From assembly GCA_044229975.1 (NCBI GenBank), contig JBGARZ010000006.1, positions 288,001 to 352,000 on the forward strand: 64,000 bases of DNA, given 5' to 3'. The notes under the pieces were generated by a model. It saw nothing but the letters and a program-made list of their open reading frames with translations, was not told the origin of the DNA and did no database searches. Numbering within the stretch: the first letter of the stretch is position 1; each line of letters opens with the position of its first letter. This stretch comes from Polyangiales bacterium (GTDB lineage: Bacteria; Myxococcota_A; Polyangia; Polyangiales; Ga0077539). Both the position numbers and the translations under genes were made by a program. This document shows positions 1-12,500 of the stretch, piece by piece.

Positions 1-564
1 TGGGGTCGTCGCTCGACGCTTGCGTGACCGCTCGACCAACAGCCTTGCCAGCGATCGCCGGTTGGACGTCGCGGCTGCGCCGCTGCCCTGGTGCGTGGCG
101 AGCTCGCGGCGCACCTCGATCTCCTTGTCGGGCATCTCGCGCTCGGCGCAGAGACCGGCCATGGCCTCCAGCACCGGGACCTTCTTCGCGGGCGAAATGG
201 CCTTGTCCAACAGGCGCTTGTAGACGGCCTCGGCCTGCTCGCCGCGGTGCGTGCGGCGAAACACCGTCGCCGTCCCCAGCAGCGCGCCGTCGTGATGGGG
301 CTGGGCTTCGAGGACCTGGTTCCAGAGCTTGAGGGCCTTGGGGTCGTCGCCGACCTTACTTGACCACGTAAGCGCCGCGCGGTGCAGCAGCTCGACGGAG
401 CTTTCGGGAGTGCGTCGTCGGCCGGCGACCTTTTCGAGGAGCATGGCGAGCACCTCGTGTTCGCCGCGGCCGTCGAGCTCGCGGCAGAGGGTCTCCACGG
501 CCTCGCGGTCTTCAGGGTCGCGGTCGAGGCGCTGAACGAGCGGAATCAGGGATGGGTCGAGCAT
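1..564 (-). CDS. TPR-like helical protein, N-terminal part (runs off the left edge)
   Basis: Not in the ORF track because there is no stop inside the window. Manual translation from the ATG at 564 is open to base 1: MLDPSLIPLVQRLDRDPEDREAVETL...KALKLWNQVLEAQPHHDGAL...AEAVYKRLL, a TPR-like pattern with host-like codon usage. Confidence 0.65.
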   Translation of the reverse strand, partial: MLDPSLIPLVQRLDRDPEDREAVETLCRELDGRGEHEVLAMLLEKVAGRRRTPESSVELLHRAALTWSSKVGDDPKALKLWNQVLEAQPHHDGALLGTATVFRRTHRGEQAEAVYKRLLDKAISPAKKVPVLEAMAGLCAEREMPDKEIEVRRELATHQGSGAAATSNRRSLARLLVERSRKRRATTP

Positions 565-591
565 GTACGGAGGTCCCGACCCGGGACGCTA

Positions 592-1488
592 TCACGGTGC
601 CGCGGCGGGTCTTTCGGTCGGCGTGAGCGCTGCGGTCCAGGCGAGGGTTCGGGCGACGAAGTCCTCGGGTTCCTGGAGCATCGGGGTGTGGCCGATGGAG
701 GGGAGCTCGGCGTAGGTGAAGTCCTCGCGGCGCTTCGCGACGGCGCGGGCGTTGCCGACGTTGACGAGGCGGTCGAGGGTTCCGTGGATGAGCAGCGTTG
801 GGGCGCGCACGCAGCGGAGGTGTTCTTCGAAGCGGGAGCGCTTGAGGATGAGGAGCTGGAGGATGGAGCGCGCGGCGCCGAGGAAGGTCGCGTCGGTCCA
901 CGGGAGGTCGCGCCGGTAGCGGTGGACGGCGCGGTGGGCGTCGAGGACGTCGTCGGGCATGGCCTTGGGGTCGAGGCCGCAGATCTTGAAGAAGTAGCGG
1001 ATGGAGGCGTCGGCTGAGGCGCGGCGCGCGACGTTGCGGAAGTAGAGCTCGCCCACGCCGGGGATCGCGTAGATGGTGAAGATGGTCCCGATGAGGCGGT
1101 CGATGGGCGCGCCGGGATAGGTGGGGAGCGCCGGGTTGACGAGCACGAGGCCGCGCACGAGCTCGGGGTGCTGGGCGGCGACGAGCAGCGAGACGAGGCC
1201 GCCCATGGAGTTGCCCACGAGCACGGCGGGTTCGCGGATGTGCTGGCGGAGCAGCGCGGCGAGGACGGAGACATAGCCGTCGAGCGTGGGCGGACGACCG
1301 GCGGGCGGAGAGCGACCGAAGCCGGGGAGGTCGACGGCGTAGACGTGGTGGTCGCGCGTGAGGGCGTGGGCGACGCGGAGCCAGTTCTCGACGGAGCCGC
1401 CGAGGCCGTGGACGAGGAGCATCGGCGGGCCGGAGCCGCCGTGGTCCACGAGGTGAAGCGGCCCGAAGACGTCGACGAGGGAGTTCAT
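592..1488 (-). CDS. Alpha/beta hydrolase
   Basis: VHGLGG oxyanion motif, DLPGFGRS, nucleophile elbow GNSMGG, HGTLD acid and GHTP histidine. ATG at 1488 chosen; the ORF track extends to a GTG at 1506. Confidence 0.9.
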   Translation of the reverse strand: MNSLVDVFGPLHLVDHGGSGPPMLLVHGLGGSVENWLRVAHALTRDHHVYAVDLPGFGRSPPAGRPPTLDGYVSVLAALLRQHIREPAVLVGNSMGGLVSLLVAAQHPELVRGLVLVNPALPTYPGAPIDRLIGTIFTIYAIPGVGELYFRNVARRASADASIRYFFKICGLDPKAMPDDVLDAHRAVHRYRRDLPWTDATFLGAARSILQLLILKRSRFEEHLRCVRAPTLLIHGTLDRLVNVGNARAVAKRREDFTYAELPSIGHTPMLQEPEDFVARTLAWTAALTPTERPAAAP

Positions 1489-1513
1489 CGACGCGGGAGT
1501 GTACACGCGAGCG

Positions 1514-2386
1514 TTAGAGGGAGACGGAGCCGAGCAGCGGGAGCGCGCCGATGCGGACGCTGGGGTCGACGCGGGTGAGGCCGTCGACGAGCCGCGGGAG
1601 CTGCATCGCGGGGAGAATCTGCGCGCCCGCGGACATCGGCGAGAGGAAGTTGTCCCAGTGCGACAGCAGGATCGCCCGCGGCGTGAACGCGCGCATCACG
1701 CGGTCGGTGAAGCGCGGAGTGGTGGTCCAGCCGGCGACGCACATGAGGAGGAGGTCGATGTTGCGGGGGGCGCGGGCGTCGAGGAGGTCGGCGCTGCCGA
1801 GGTGGTAGAGGGTCTTGTCGGCGACGCGCAGCTCGACGCCGAAGACGGCGCCGCAGCGGTAGCGGTGGGTGCGGAGCGGGAGCTGGTCGCAGTCGCTGAT
1901 GTCCCCGGGGAAGGGGATGCGGCCGAGCATGAAGGCCGAGTGAACGCTGGGGATGAAGCGGAGGGAGAAGGGCCCGACCTCGGCGCGATGGGGCTCTCCG
2001 CGCATGGCGGACTCGACGTCGACGACCTGCGAGCTGGCGACACCGGCCGACTGGCAGAGGGCGACGCAGGAGCGTGATCCGAAGACGCGGGCGCCGGTCG
2101 AGCGAGCGATGGCGGGGACATCGAGCACGTGGTCGAAGTGGGTGTGCCCGGCGACGATGGCGTCGGCGCGCGGGGCGTGGCGCGCGACGGCGGCGGGGTC
2201 GCTACGGAGGGGCGCGGCGAGCAGGCTCGGGATGGACGCGCGGGTGAGGTACGGGTCGATGAGCACGGTGGTGTTGTCGTGCTCGATGGAGAAGCCGGCG
2301 GTTCCGAGCCAGGTGACGCGGACGGGGCCGCGGCTGGTGGGGATGTCGAAGTCGGCGGGCTTGAAGTGCAGGTCGGTGGGGCGCAC
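1514..2386 (-). CDS. MBL-fold metallo-hydrolase (UlaG-like)
   Basis: WLGTAGF, LIDPY, HTHFDH (HxHxDH), SVH and SHWD motifs. Confidence 0.85.
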   Translation of the reverse strand: MRPTDLHFKPADFDIPTSRGPVRVTWLGTAGFSIEHDNTTVLIDPYLTRASIPSLLAAPLRSDPAAVARHAPRADAIVAGHTHFDHVLDVPAIARSTGARVFGSRSCVALCQSAGVASSQVVDVESAMRGEPHRAEVGPFSLRFIPSVHSAFMLGRIPFPGDISDCDQLPLRTHRYRCGAVFGVELRVADKTLYHLGSADLLDARAPRNIDLLLMCVAGWTTTPRFTDRVMRAFTPRAILLSHWDNFLSPMSAGAQILPAMQLPRLVDGLTRVDPSVRIGALPLLGSVSL

Positions 2387-2427
2387 GGCGGGGATCAGGG
2401 TCTCATCGGTGGCGGGGGGACGGGGGT

Positions 2428-2500
2428 GGGGACGGTTTCAGCTTTTCACGTTGTGACGAAGTTCGAGGGAGTGACAACGTGAAAAGCTGAAACCGTCCCC
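2428..2500. repeat. Perfect 27-bp inverted repeat with a 19-bp spacer (REP/MITE-like) in a divergent intergenic region
   Basis: GGGGACGGTTTCAGCTTTTCACGTTGT (2428-2454) is the exact reverse complement of ACAACGTGAAAAGCTGAAACCGTCCCC (2474-2500). Confidence 0.9.
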
Positions 2501-2529
2501 GGCCGTCACCTCTATGGCACGATGCCGCC

Positions 2530-3477
2530 ATGCTTCGACCTCTGGCCTTGGTGATGACGTTGGGCTTGCTGGGCTGTGGTTCGACGCCCGCCGCACCGAC
2601 GGACGCGTCGGTTCAGTCGGACACCTCGGACGCCGCTGGTCCGTGGCGTTGCGAGCGTCGTCGACCCACGCAACCCGCCGCGCCAGCGGTCTGCAACGGC
2701 GCCGCGGACCGCTGCTCCCGACGGCTCGACCAGGTGGTGTTTCCGACGACGCACAACGCGATGTCCAACCGCGAGGAGCGCTTCACCCTCCCCAACCAGG
2801 AACGCTCGCTTCAGCACCAGATGCAGGACGGCATCCGCGGCTTGATGCTCGACCTGCACATGTACGAGGGCGAGGCCAACCTCTGCCACGGCCCCTGCAC
2901 CATTGGCCATCGTCGGCTCGCCGAGGGGCTCTGCGACATCGGTCAGTTCATGGACTCGCACCCCGGCGAGGTGATGGTGCTCATCCTGGAGAGCTACATC
3001 GAAGGCCCCGCGCTGGAGGGTGCGATGCGCGAGGCCGGCCTGCTCGACGACGTTCACACGCAGGCGCGCGGCGCTCCGTGGCCGACGCTCGGCGCGATGG
3101 TGACCGCCAATCGCCGCCTCGTGGTGCTCGACGACAACGCCGACGCGGCCCTCCCGTGGGACCTCCCGGTGTGGTCGTTCGCGCAGGAGACTCCCTTCAG
3201 CGCCGAGACCCCGGCCGACCTCGACTGCCGCACCAACCGCGGCGACTCGGCCAACTCGCTCTTCATCTTCAACCACTTCCTCACGGCGCCCGCGGCGCTC
3301 CCGCGGCTCGCGGAGATGGTCAACCACAACCCCTTCCTCATCGATCGCGCGCGTCGCTGCTGGCGCGAGCGAGGTCGGCTGCCCAACTTCGTGACCGTCG
3401 ACTTCTACGAGACGGGTGACGTCCTCGCCGCGAGCGCGACGCTCAACGACGAGGCACTCAGCGATGGTGGGATGTAG
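2530..3477 (+). CDS. PI-PLC X-domain-like phosphodiesterase lipoprotein
   Basis: Lipobox LLGC; TTHNAMS, NQ, GIRGLMLDLH, LCHG, FNHF and PNFVTVDFY motifs typical of PLC-like phosphodiesterases. Confidence 0.8.
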   Translation: MLRPLALVMTLGLLGCGSTPAAPTDASVQSDTSDAAGPWRCERRRPTQPAAPAVCNGAADRCSRRLDQVVFPTTHNAMSNREERFTLPNQERSLQHQMQDGIRGLMLDLHMYEGEANLCHGPCTIGHRRLAEGLCDIGQFMDSHPGEVMVLILESYIEGPALEGAMREAGLLDDVHTQARGAPWPTLGAMVTANRRLVVLDDNADAALPWDLPVWSFAQETPFSAETPADLDCRTNRGDSANSLFIFNHFLTAPAALPRLAEMVNHNPFLIDRARRCWRERGRLPNFVTVDFYETGDVLAASATLNDEALSDGGM

Positions 3478-3530
3478 ACGGTGAGGAAGGCACCGGCGCC
3501 TTTGGATGGGCGCCGGTGATCGGGTGACGG

Positions 3531-6500
3531 TCAGTACGAGGCGGACTGCACCTGGAAGTTGATGCCCAGCGACTCGCGCAGCGAGAAGTACGTCTCGCTC
3601 ATCGAGAAGAGGATCACGTCCTTCAGCTTCTCCGCCGGCGCGAGGTCGCCCGGCAGGCCCGGCTCCAGCGCGAGCATCTTGCGGGTGATCTCCAGGTCGC
3701 CGCACATCAGGAAGCCCGCGCGGGCGGCCGTGAGCTCGACGGACTGGTACCACTTCTTGATGTTCGACGCGCCGCCCTGCTCCAGGAAGTAGCGCACCAC
3801 CTTGCGGAGCCCTTCGACGGCCACCGGGTCGGAGGCCATCAGCGGGGCGAGCGTCTGCGCGGCCTGCGCCGACTCCACCGGGACGTCCTGGTCGGACTTC
3901 ACCAGCTTGATCGCCGCGAGCAGCATGACCGTGAGCTCCTGCGTCGTCGGCAGCAGCACGCGGATGTAGTGCTCGTTGCGGTAGTAGCTCATGTGCTTCG
4001 CCGCCACGAAGGCGAGCTCCTCCGGGCGAAGACCCGAGAGCAGACCCGCGCCCGCAAACGACGCGATGGGGTCGGCCGGCACGTACCCGAGGCCGCCCTG
4101 CTGCTGCGGCTTCAGGAAGATCGACGGCAGCGGCAGGTTGAGCGCCTGCGACGACGTCGCGAGCGAACGAACCAGCGCGACGGTGGTGTTCTGCGGGTTC
4201 TGGAGCTCGGCCTGCGTGAAGCCGAACTGCGCGAGCGGCTTCACCTTGGCGCGGCGCACCGCCCCGAGGATCGACGCGAAGATCTTCCCCACCACCGGGT
4301 CTTCGTTGGGGTGGAAGAGCTGCTTGACCCAGTGCTCCTCGGTGAGACGCCCGGTCGGCTGCAACGCCTTGCGCGGGCGGTACTGCTCGAAGAACGCCCG
4401 CAGGTCTTCCCGCGCGCGATCGCGCAAGAGGAAGGTGGTCGTCGCCGCCACGCACCACGCCTTGTCGTGCTGATGGGCGTTGTAATAGAGGTCGTAGATC
4501 GCGTGGAGGGCCTCGGCGTTGCCCATGTCCTGCGTGGCGATGGTCTGCCAGCGCGAGATGGACTCGTTGGCGTCGCCCATCTTCGCCGCGAGCTCGGCGA
4601 TGATCTTGTGCTCCGTCAGGTCGTCGGGCTTGCGCTCCGACGCCAGCTTGAACACCGCGAGCGCCTTGTCGTTCTCCCCGAGACGATCACGGTAGATGAG
4701 GCCGAGCGGGTGCAGGAGGTTGTACTCGAGGTCGCGGCTCTCGGGCTTGCCCGCGACGCGCTCGATCATGCGCTTGTAGGCGCGCGACAGGTTGCGCCAG
4801 TCGCGGCGCGCCGTGAGGATCTCGTTGACCTTCGCGAAGGGCTTGAGCTCGTTGGGGTTGAGGTCCAACGCCTGCCCGTAGAAGGTCAGCGCCTCGTCGG
4901 GGTTCTTGAGCTCCTTGTTGTAGATCGTCGCGATCGTGTACGCGTACACGGCCTTGCGATCGTTGTTGGTCTCGAGGTCGCTGATGCGCTGCGCGGTGTC
5001 GATGACCTTCGACCACTGCTTGCCCTCCGTGTAGAGCGGCAGCAGGCGGTTGAGCAGCGCGCGGTCCTTCGGCTTCAGCTCCGAGGCACCCGCGAAGGCC
5101 TGGATGGCCTTCTGGTTGTTCTTGGCCTTCTCCTGCCAGAGCGACCCGATTTCGAGGAGCATCGCGAAGCGCTTCTCCTCGTCGTCCTCCATGTCGAGGA
5201 GCTGCGAGCGGTACCCGATGGCGGGCTCCCACTCGTTGCCCGCGGCGTGCGTGTCGATGAGCGCGCCGAGCGCCGGGCGATACCCCGGGTACTCCTCCAG
5301 CGACTTCTCGAGGAAGTTCACCGCGCGGCGACGGTCACCCTGCGCGGCCTTCACCACGCCGAGGCGGTGGTAGAGGTCGGCGCGCTGCTCGGCGTCGAGG
5401 TCGTCCTTGTGATGGACGAGCAGCACTTGATAGTGCTTGAACGCGTTGTCCCAGTCCTGCTTGTCGAAGTAGGCGAGCGCCAGCGCGGAGATGGCCTCGA
5501 CGTTGGCGCGGTCGAGCGTCTGCGCCGCCGTAAACGCCTTGATCGCGCGGTCGCCCTTGCCGATCTTCACCGCGACGCGGCCCATCATGAGCTGGATCTG
5601 GAGCTGCTCCGCCGGGTCGCGCCGTGACGCGCGGCGGGTGAGCATCTCCACCAGCGGCTCGGCCTCGGCCCAGCGCTGGTTGGCGACGTAGTAGTTGGCG
5701 AGGGGCCACGCGGCCTCCTCCTGATCGGCGTCGTTGCGCAGCGCCTCTTCGTAGCAGCGGATCGACTGCTCCTCGTCGTCGAGGTACTGCGCCTGGATGC
5801 GCCCGAGCTCGGTGAGGAGCTTCGCGCGGGTGCGCGGGAGCGCCGTCGCCGCCTGCTCGCGGTCGAGGTAGCGGGCCACCTCGTACCAGTCCTCGCGGCG
5901 CGTCGCGATGGCGCGCAGCGCTTCGAGCGCGGGCAGGTGCTCCTGGTCGAGGTCGAGCGCGGCCTGGTACTGCTCCACCGCGCGGAGCTCGTCGCCCAGC
6001 GAGGTCTCGGCGATCTTGCCCACGCGGACGCGCAGCTCGACGGCCTTGCCCACGTCCCCAGCGACGTACTGCGCGAGCTGCTCCAGGGTGTCCGTCGCGC
6101 GGTGCCAGTCCTGGCGCGACTCGTAGATGCGCGCGAGCGAGTCGAGCGCGTCGGTGTTCTCCTGCTCGATCTGGAGCACGTTGAGGAACGCGTCCTCCGC
6201 GTGGTCGAGGTCGCGCCGCTCGTCGGCGAAGACGTGGCCCATCTGGAGGAAGATCGGCACGCGGTCGCGCCGCTCGGTGGTCGCCGTGAGGTGGCGCTCC
6301 AGGGTGGAGATGAGCTCGTTCCACTGGCCGGTGGCGCGGTAGAGGCGCTCCAGGGCGCGCAGCGACGGGTCGTGCGAGGGGTCGATCTCCAGCACGCGCT
6401 CGAAGCGCTCGATGGCCAGCGCGGGGCGGACGAACTCCTCCTCCAACATCCCGCCGATGCGGGTGAGCAGCTTGATGCGCTCGCGCTCCGTGGCGACCAC

Positions 6501-9500
6501 TTCGAGCTGCTGTTCGAGGATGCCGAGCAGCTCCTGGCTGCGGCCGAGGCGGGCGTAGATGCCCTCCAGGCCGCGCAGCGCCGCGAGGTTCACCGGGTCG
6601 GACTGGAGCACCAGCGCGTACTCCGCGGCCGCGCCCTCCTGGTCGTTGATGCGCTCTTCGAGCACCGAGCCCACGCGCATGCGCAGCTCGGCGGCCTCGG
6701 CCGGATCCTGCGTCGAGTCGATGTGGCGCCGCAGCACCTCCACCAACGCAGGCCAGTCCTCCGCCGCGGCGTGAACACGCGCCAGCGCCGTGAGCGCCGC
6801 GCCGTCACCACCATCGATCGCCAGCGCCGCGTGAAACTGCTCCACCGCCTGCGACGGCTGCTTGAGGTTCTTCTCGTAGACCTCGCCGAGCTGGACGTGG
6901 GCGGTGCGGCGGTCTTCCGGCGAGCGGGCAACCTCCACGGCTCGTTGCAGGGTCTTGGCGAGCGGCTGCCATTGACCGAGCTTGCGGTAGAGGTCCGCCT
7001 GCGAGCGCAGCGCGTGCAGGTTGCTCGGCTCGGCCGCGAGGATCTGGTTGTAGATCGGGATCGCCCACTCGGGGTGCCCCAGCTCCAGGCCGTACCACTT
7101 GGCGGCGTGCAGACCGAGCTGCGTCTTGCGCGGCCCGACGGGCTCCGCGCCGTACGCGTCCATGGTGGTCTTGAGCAGCTCGTTCCAGCGGCTGAGCGTG
7201 CTGGTGATCTTCTCCAGCGTCTCCACCGCCTCGGCGTTGGTGACGTCCTCCTCGAACGCGATCTGCGCCGCCGCGTACGCCTGCTCGTGGTCGCCCAGCT
7301 CGGTCTCGAACACCCGCGCCGCGCGCACCATGAAGGGCACCGCCTCGGCGACCTTCTCGTCCTCGACCAGCTTGTCGTGCCGGGCGACGTAGAGCCCCGA
7401 CAGCTCGTCCCAGCGCGCCGCCTCGCGGTGCAACGACTCCAGCGCCGTAAACGCCCGCCCGTGCAGCGCCTCGGCCTCCAGCACCGCCTCGTACGAAGCG
7501 CGCGCGCCATCCGGCTCCTGGATCCGCTCCTCCCACACGTCCGCCGCCGCGAGGTGCAGGGCCACCTTCTGCGCCGCGTCGTCCGTGTTGGCGGCCTGCT
7601 TGCCAAGCACGTCCACCACGTCGCGCCACTCCTCGCGCGCCGTGTGGATGGTCAACAGCGCCGACAGCGCCGTCGCGTCCGTGGGCTCCACTTCAAGAGC
7701 GTTGCGCCACGCGTCCACGGCCTCGTCGCCGAGCCCGAGGGTCATCCAGTAGAGCGTCCCGAGCTCCGACCACGCGCCGCGGATCTCGTCGTTGGACAGC
7801 GTCGCCGTCCCCAGCGAGATGAGCGTCTGGAGCGTCTGCACCAGCTCGTCCCAGCGCTCGCCCGCGCGGTAGATCGCCGCCAGCGCCCGCAGCGCGTCGA
7901 AGCTCGCCGACTCGATGTCGAGCACGCGGCGGTAGCTCTCGATGGCCCGCTCCGTGTCGCCCAGCTTCTCCAGGTAGACGGCCGCCACGCGCAGCGCGAT
8001 CTCCACGCGCTTGTCCGAGTCGGCCTCGCTCCCGAGCTGCCGCTCGAGCACGTCGATGAGCTCCTGCCAGCGGCCCGCCGCCTCGTGCAGCGCGGCGACG
8101 GCGCTCAGCGTCTCGGCCTCTTCGCCGCGGATCACCAGCACCTGCTCGTAGAGCTTCACCGCGTCGTCGGGACGCTGGAGGTACGACTCGGCGATGCGCG
8201 CCATGCGGGTGTACGTGTCGGCGCGCTCGTCGTCCGAGTCCGCCGCGTCGAGCTTGCGCTCCTGCACCGCGTACAGGTCGGGCCAGCGCTGCTGGTTGGC
8301 GTAGATCGCCTCCAGCGCGTCGAGGCTCGGGCGGTTGCGGGCGTCGATGTTCTCGACCACCGCGCGGTACTGCACCACCGCGTCGTCCACGCGGTCGAGG
8401 TCGTTCTGGAGGATGCCCGCGAGGCGCAGCGTGTGGCCGACCTTCTCCTCGGGGTCTTCCGTGATGCGCGCGCGGCGCTCCAGGATGGTGACCAGCTTCT
8501 CGGCCTCACCCGAAGCCGTGTGCAGCCGGTCGAGCGACTCCAGCGCGTCCGCATCCAGCGGCGCCACGTCCAGCACGAACTGGTACGCGCCCTCCGCCGA
8601 CGGGAGATCACCGCGCTCCTCCTCGTGCACCCGCGCGAGGCGCTTGCCGATGGCCACGCGAATCGCGTCGTCCGAGGTCTCGGCCTCCACGACGTCGGCG
8701 TAGACGTTGGTGAGCTCGTCCCACGCACCGGTCGCCGCCGCGAGGCGCTCGACCTCGGTCAACGATCGGTCGTCGAGCGGCGCTTCCTTCACCGCGCGAC
8801 CGAGCCACCCGAAGGCGCCCGCCGCGTCGGCCCGCTTCTCCTCGAGAATCTCCGCGATGCCGCGCATCGCCAGCACCCGCGCTTCGGCGTCGGGCAGCAG
8901 GTCGAGGGTGCGCGCTTCGAGGTCCGCGAGCTTCTCCCAGTCCTCGTACATGCGGTACAGCGGGTCGAGCGTCGCCGCGACCTCCGACCGCAGCACGCCC
9001 CGCGTGAACATCGCTTCGAGCGCGGCCACGGTCTCCGCGTGGTCGGCCTGCACATCGATGATCTCGCGGTACACCGCGAGCGCACCCGACGCGTCGTTGA
9101 GCCGATGCTCCAGCACCTGGCCGAGTCGGTAGCGCAGGGTCACCGCGTCGTCGGGCGAGAGGTCCGACAGCGTGAGCTCGCGGCGCAGGACCTCTGCCAC
9201 CTCGGGCCAGCGCTCCAGCGCCTCGTAGAGCCGATCGAGGGCCCGCAGCGCGCCCGCGTTGGTCGCGTCCACTTCGAGCACCGAGCGGTACCGCGCGATG
9301 GCGGCGTCGGCGTCGGCGCGCTGCACCTCGTGGATCTGCCCGATGCGAAGCAGCAGCTCGACGTGGCGGTACGGATCGTCCGCCAGCGTATCGACAGCGC
9401 CGTCGTACACGGCGACGACGCGGTCCCACTTGGAGAGACCCTCGGCGAGGCGCTCGAAGTTGCCGAGGTTGTCGTCGACGCGCGGGTCGAGCGCCACCGC

Positions 9501-12500
9501 GCGGGCGAGCGCCTCGAAGGCCGCCTCCGGGCGATCGAGCGCCGACTCGTTGACCTCCGCGATGCGCTGGAGCAGCTCCAGCTTGTGCGGCACGTCGTCG
9601 GTGTGGCGCGCCTGGACTTCGAGCACCTCCACCAGCGACTCGAACGACCCCGCCGCAGAGTGCACGGGCTCCAGCACCGCCGCCGCCGCGAGGGGCGCCT
9701 GCGTGCCGCGGAGGATGACCGTCAGCGCACCGAGGGAGGGCGCGTGGTCGGGGATGGTCTCCACGATCTCGCGGTAGATCTCCACCGCGCGCGGCACGTC
9801 GGCCAGGCTGCCTTCGTGCAGCTTCGCCACGCGGAACCGATACGACGCCACCTCGTCGGGGTCGGCGGCGAGCTCGGCCTCGCGCTCGAGCACCGAGAGG
9901 AGGTCCTGCCAGCGGCCCTGCGCCGTGTAGAGCGCGTCGAGCTTCTGGATGGCGAGCAGGTCGGTCGGGTCGAACTCCAGCACGCGGTTGTACGCGTCGA
10001 TGGCGCGGTCGTTGTCCTTGAGCTCGCTCTCGTGGACGGCCGCGACCTCGAAGAAGAGGCGCTTCTTCTCGTCGGCGTCGCTGATGAGCTCGGCCTTCTT
10101 CTCGTACGCCGCGAGCAGCTCGGTCCAGCGCTGCGCCGTCACGAAGATGCGGATGAGCGAGTCGAGCGCGGCGACCTCGCTGTCGTCGATCTCGACGATG
10201 CGCCGGTACGTGCGAACCGCCCCCTCGACGTCGTTGAGAACCGTCTCCTGGATCTCCGCCGCGCGCCACAGGTACGCCTTGCGCTCGTCGACCTCGGCGA
10301 GAATCTCCGCCTTGCGGATGAGCGTCTCGGTGAGCTCCTTCGGCCGATCGGTGAGCTGGTACAGCCGCTCCAGGGCGCTGACCGCGTCCAGGTTTTCGGG
10401 CTGCACCGCGAGCGCCGCGACCTCGTGGCCGATGGCGCGATCGAGGTCCTGCAAGCGCTCCTCGGCGACGGCCGACGCGCGACGGTGCAGGGCGACGCGA
10501 ACCTCGGCGTCCTCCTCGCCCAGCGTCGCGATGCGCGCCTCGATCACCTCCACGAACTGCTTGTCGACGTCGAGCGAGCGCGCGAGCCGATCGAGCCCGT
10601 TGAGCGTGTCGTCCCGCGACGGGTCTTCCGTCAGCGCCTGCGAGAGCGCCTCGAAGGCACCCGCGCCGTCGTCGAGCGCCGTCTCGCGCAGCTCGGCCAC
10701 CCGATGCAACAGGTCGACCTTCTGGGCGCGCTCGGAGAGCCCCGCCTGCACTTCGAGCGCAAGCACCAGGCGGTCCCACGCACCCGTCGCGCGGTACACC
10801 GGCTCCAGCGTGTCGACCACCGTTGCGGTGAAGGTCTTGTCGCCGAGCATGCCTTCGAGCGCCGTCGCCGCGCGCTCGGACGCCTCTTCGTGCGTCACCA
10901 CGTCGCGCAGGATCTCGATGGCCGCCTCGCGGTTGCCGAGCTTCTGGTCCTGCACATCCGCGAGCCGGAACTGCAGCGCCGCGCGGCTCTCTCCGTCGGG
11001 CGCCAGCGTCACCTGCTGCACGAGGTTGTCCGCGAGGTCGGACCAGCGCCCGAGCCGCGTGAAGGTGCGGTCGAGGGCGGCGAGCGCGATGGCGTTGGTG
11101 GGGTCGCGCTCCAGCATCTCGCGGTACGTCGAGATGGCCGCGTCGGCGTCGTTGAGCCGCTCGTCCTGCACCACGGCGATCTCCGCGTGCACGCGGTCGT
11201 ACTCCTCCGGGTCGGAGGTCACGTCGAGCCGACGGCGCAGCGTCGTGAGAACGTTGGGCCAGCGGTTGGCCGAGCGCCACGTGCGCTCCAGGGCCTCCAG
11301 CACCGCCACGTCGCCGGGGTTGGCATCGAGCACGCGCTCCAGCGCGGTGACCGCGTTTTGCACGTTGCCGAGGAAGCGCCCCTCGATCTCCGCCACGCGC
11401 ACGTAGAGGTCGCGCGCGAGGGGTGTGCCGGCGTGCTGCTCGGCCGCCTCGCGGAAGAGCACCACCACCTGCGACCAGCCGTCGACGGCCTCGGAGACGC
11501 GCATGAGCGTCTCGGTCACCTCGGCGTTGGACGGGTCTTCCTGGAAGGCGCGGCCGTACGCTTCGAGCCCGCGCGTCGGCTGACCGAGCTCCGTCGCGCA
11601 CACCGCGCCGATGCGCTGGAGCAGCGCCACGCGCTCGGCCTTGTTGTCCCCTTCGGCGACGAGAATCTCCAGCGCGCGAACCAGCGCCTCCCAGTCGCCG
11701 CGCAGCTCGTACACGGGCTGGAGCACCTCGGCCGCCGCGTGCCGCAGCGACGGGTCACGCAGCAGACCTTCCAGCGCGACGCGGGCGCCGTCATGGTCGG
11801 GCGCGGTCGCCAGCACCGAGCGGTACAGCTCCAGCGCTTCGCCCGCCTGGCCGAGCCGCGACTGCGTCACCGTCGCCAGCTGGAACCTGATCGCCGTGAC
11901 CTTCGCCTCGTCGCCGAGGACGTCATGCACGTCGAGCTCGCGACGCAGCACCTCGGCCAGCTCGGGCCACTGCTCCTGCTTCTCGTAGAGCCGCGAGAGG
12001 GCCGCGAGCGCCTCGGGGTCGTCGCCGAACTCCGCCACGATCGCCGTCGCTGCCGACACCGCGCGCGGGAGGTTCTGGAGCTTCTCCTCCGCGACGTGCA
12101 CCACGTCGAGGAGCAGCGCCTTGCGGGTCTCGCCGTCGGTGACGATGTCGAGGCGCCGATCGAGCACATTGAGCAGCTCGGCCCACTGGCCATGCGCGCG
12201 CAGCAGCCCGTCGAGCGAGGCGAGCGCCTCGGGGTGCGCCGGGTCGCCCGCGAGCACGGAGCGATACTGCGCCACCGCGCCGTCGACGTCGTCGAGGTGC
12301 GCCGCGAGAATCGCGCCCGCCCGCAGCCGCAACGTGACCCGCGCGGCGTCGTCCACCGCGTCGGTGGCGATGGCGATGGCGATGGCCGTCTCCGCCTCGC
12401 GCCAGCGACCCGTGAGGGCCGCCGCACGCTCCAGGTCGACCACCGAGCGCGCCTCCGACGGGGCCTGCGCGAACGCGTCGCGGTACCGCTCGAAGGCGAG

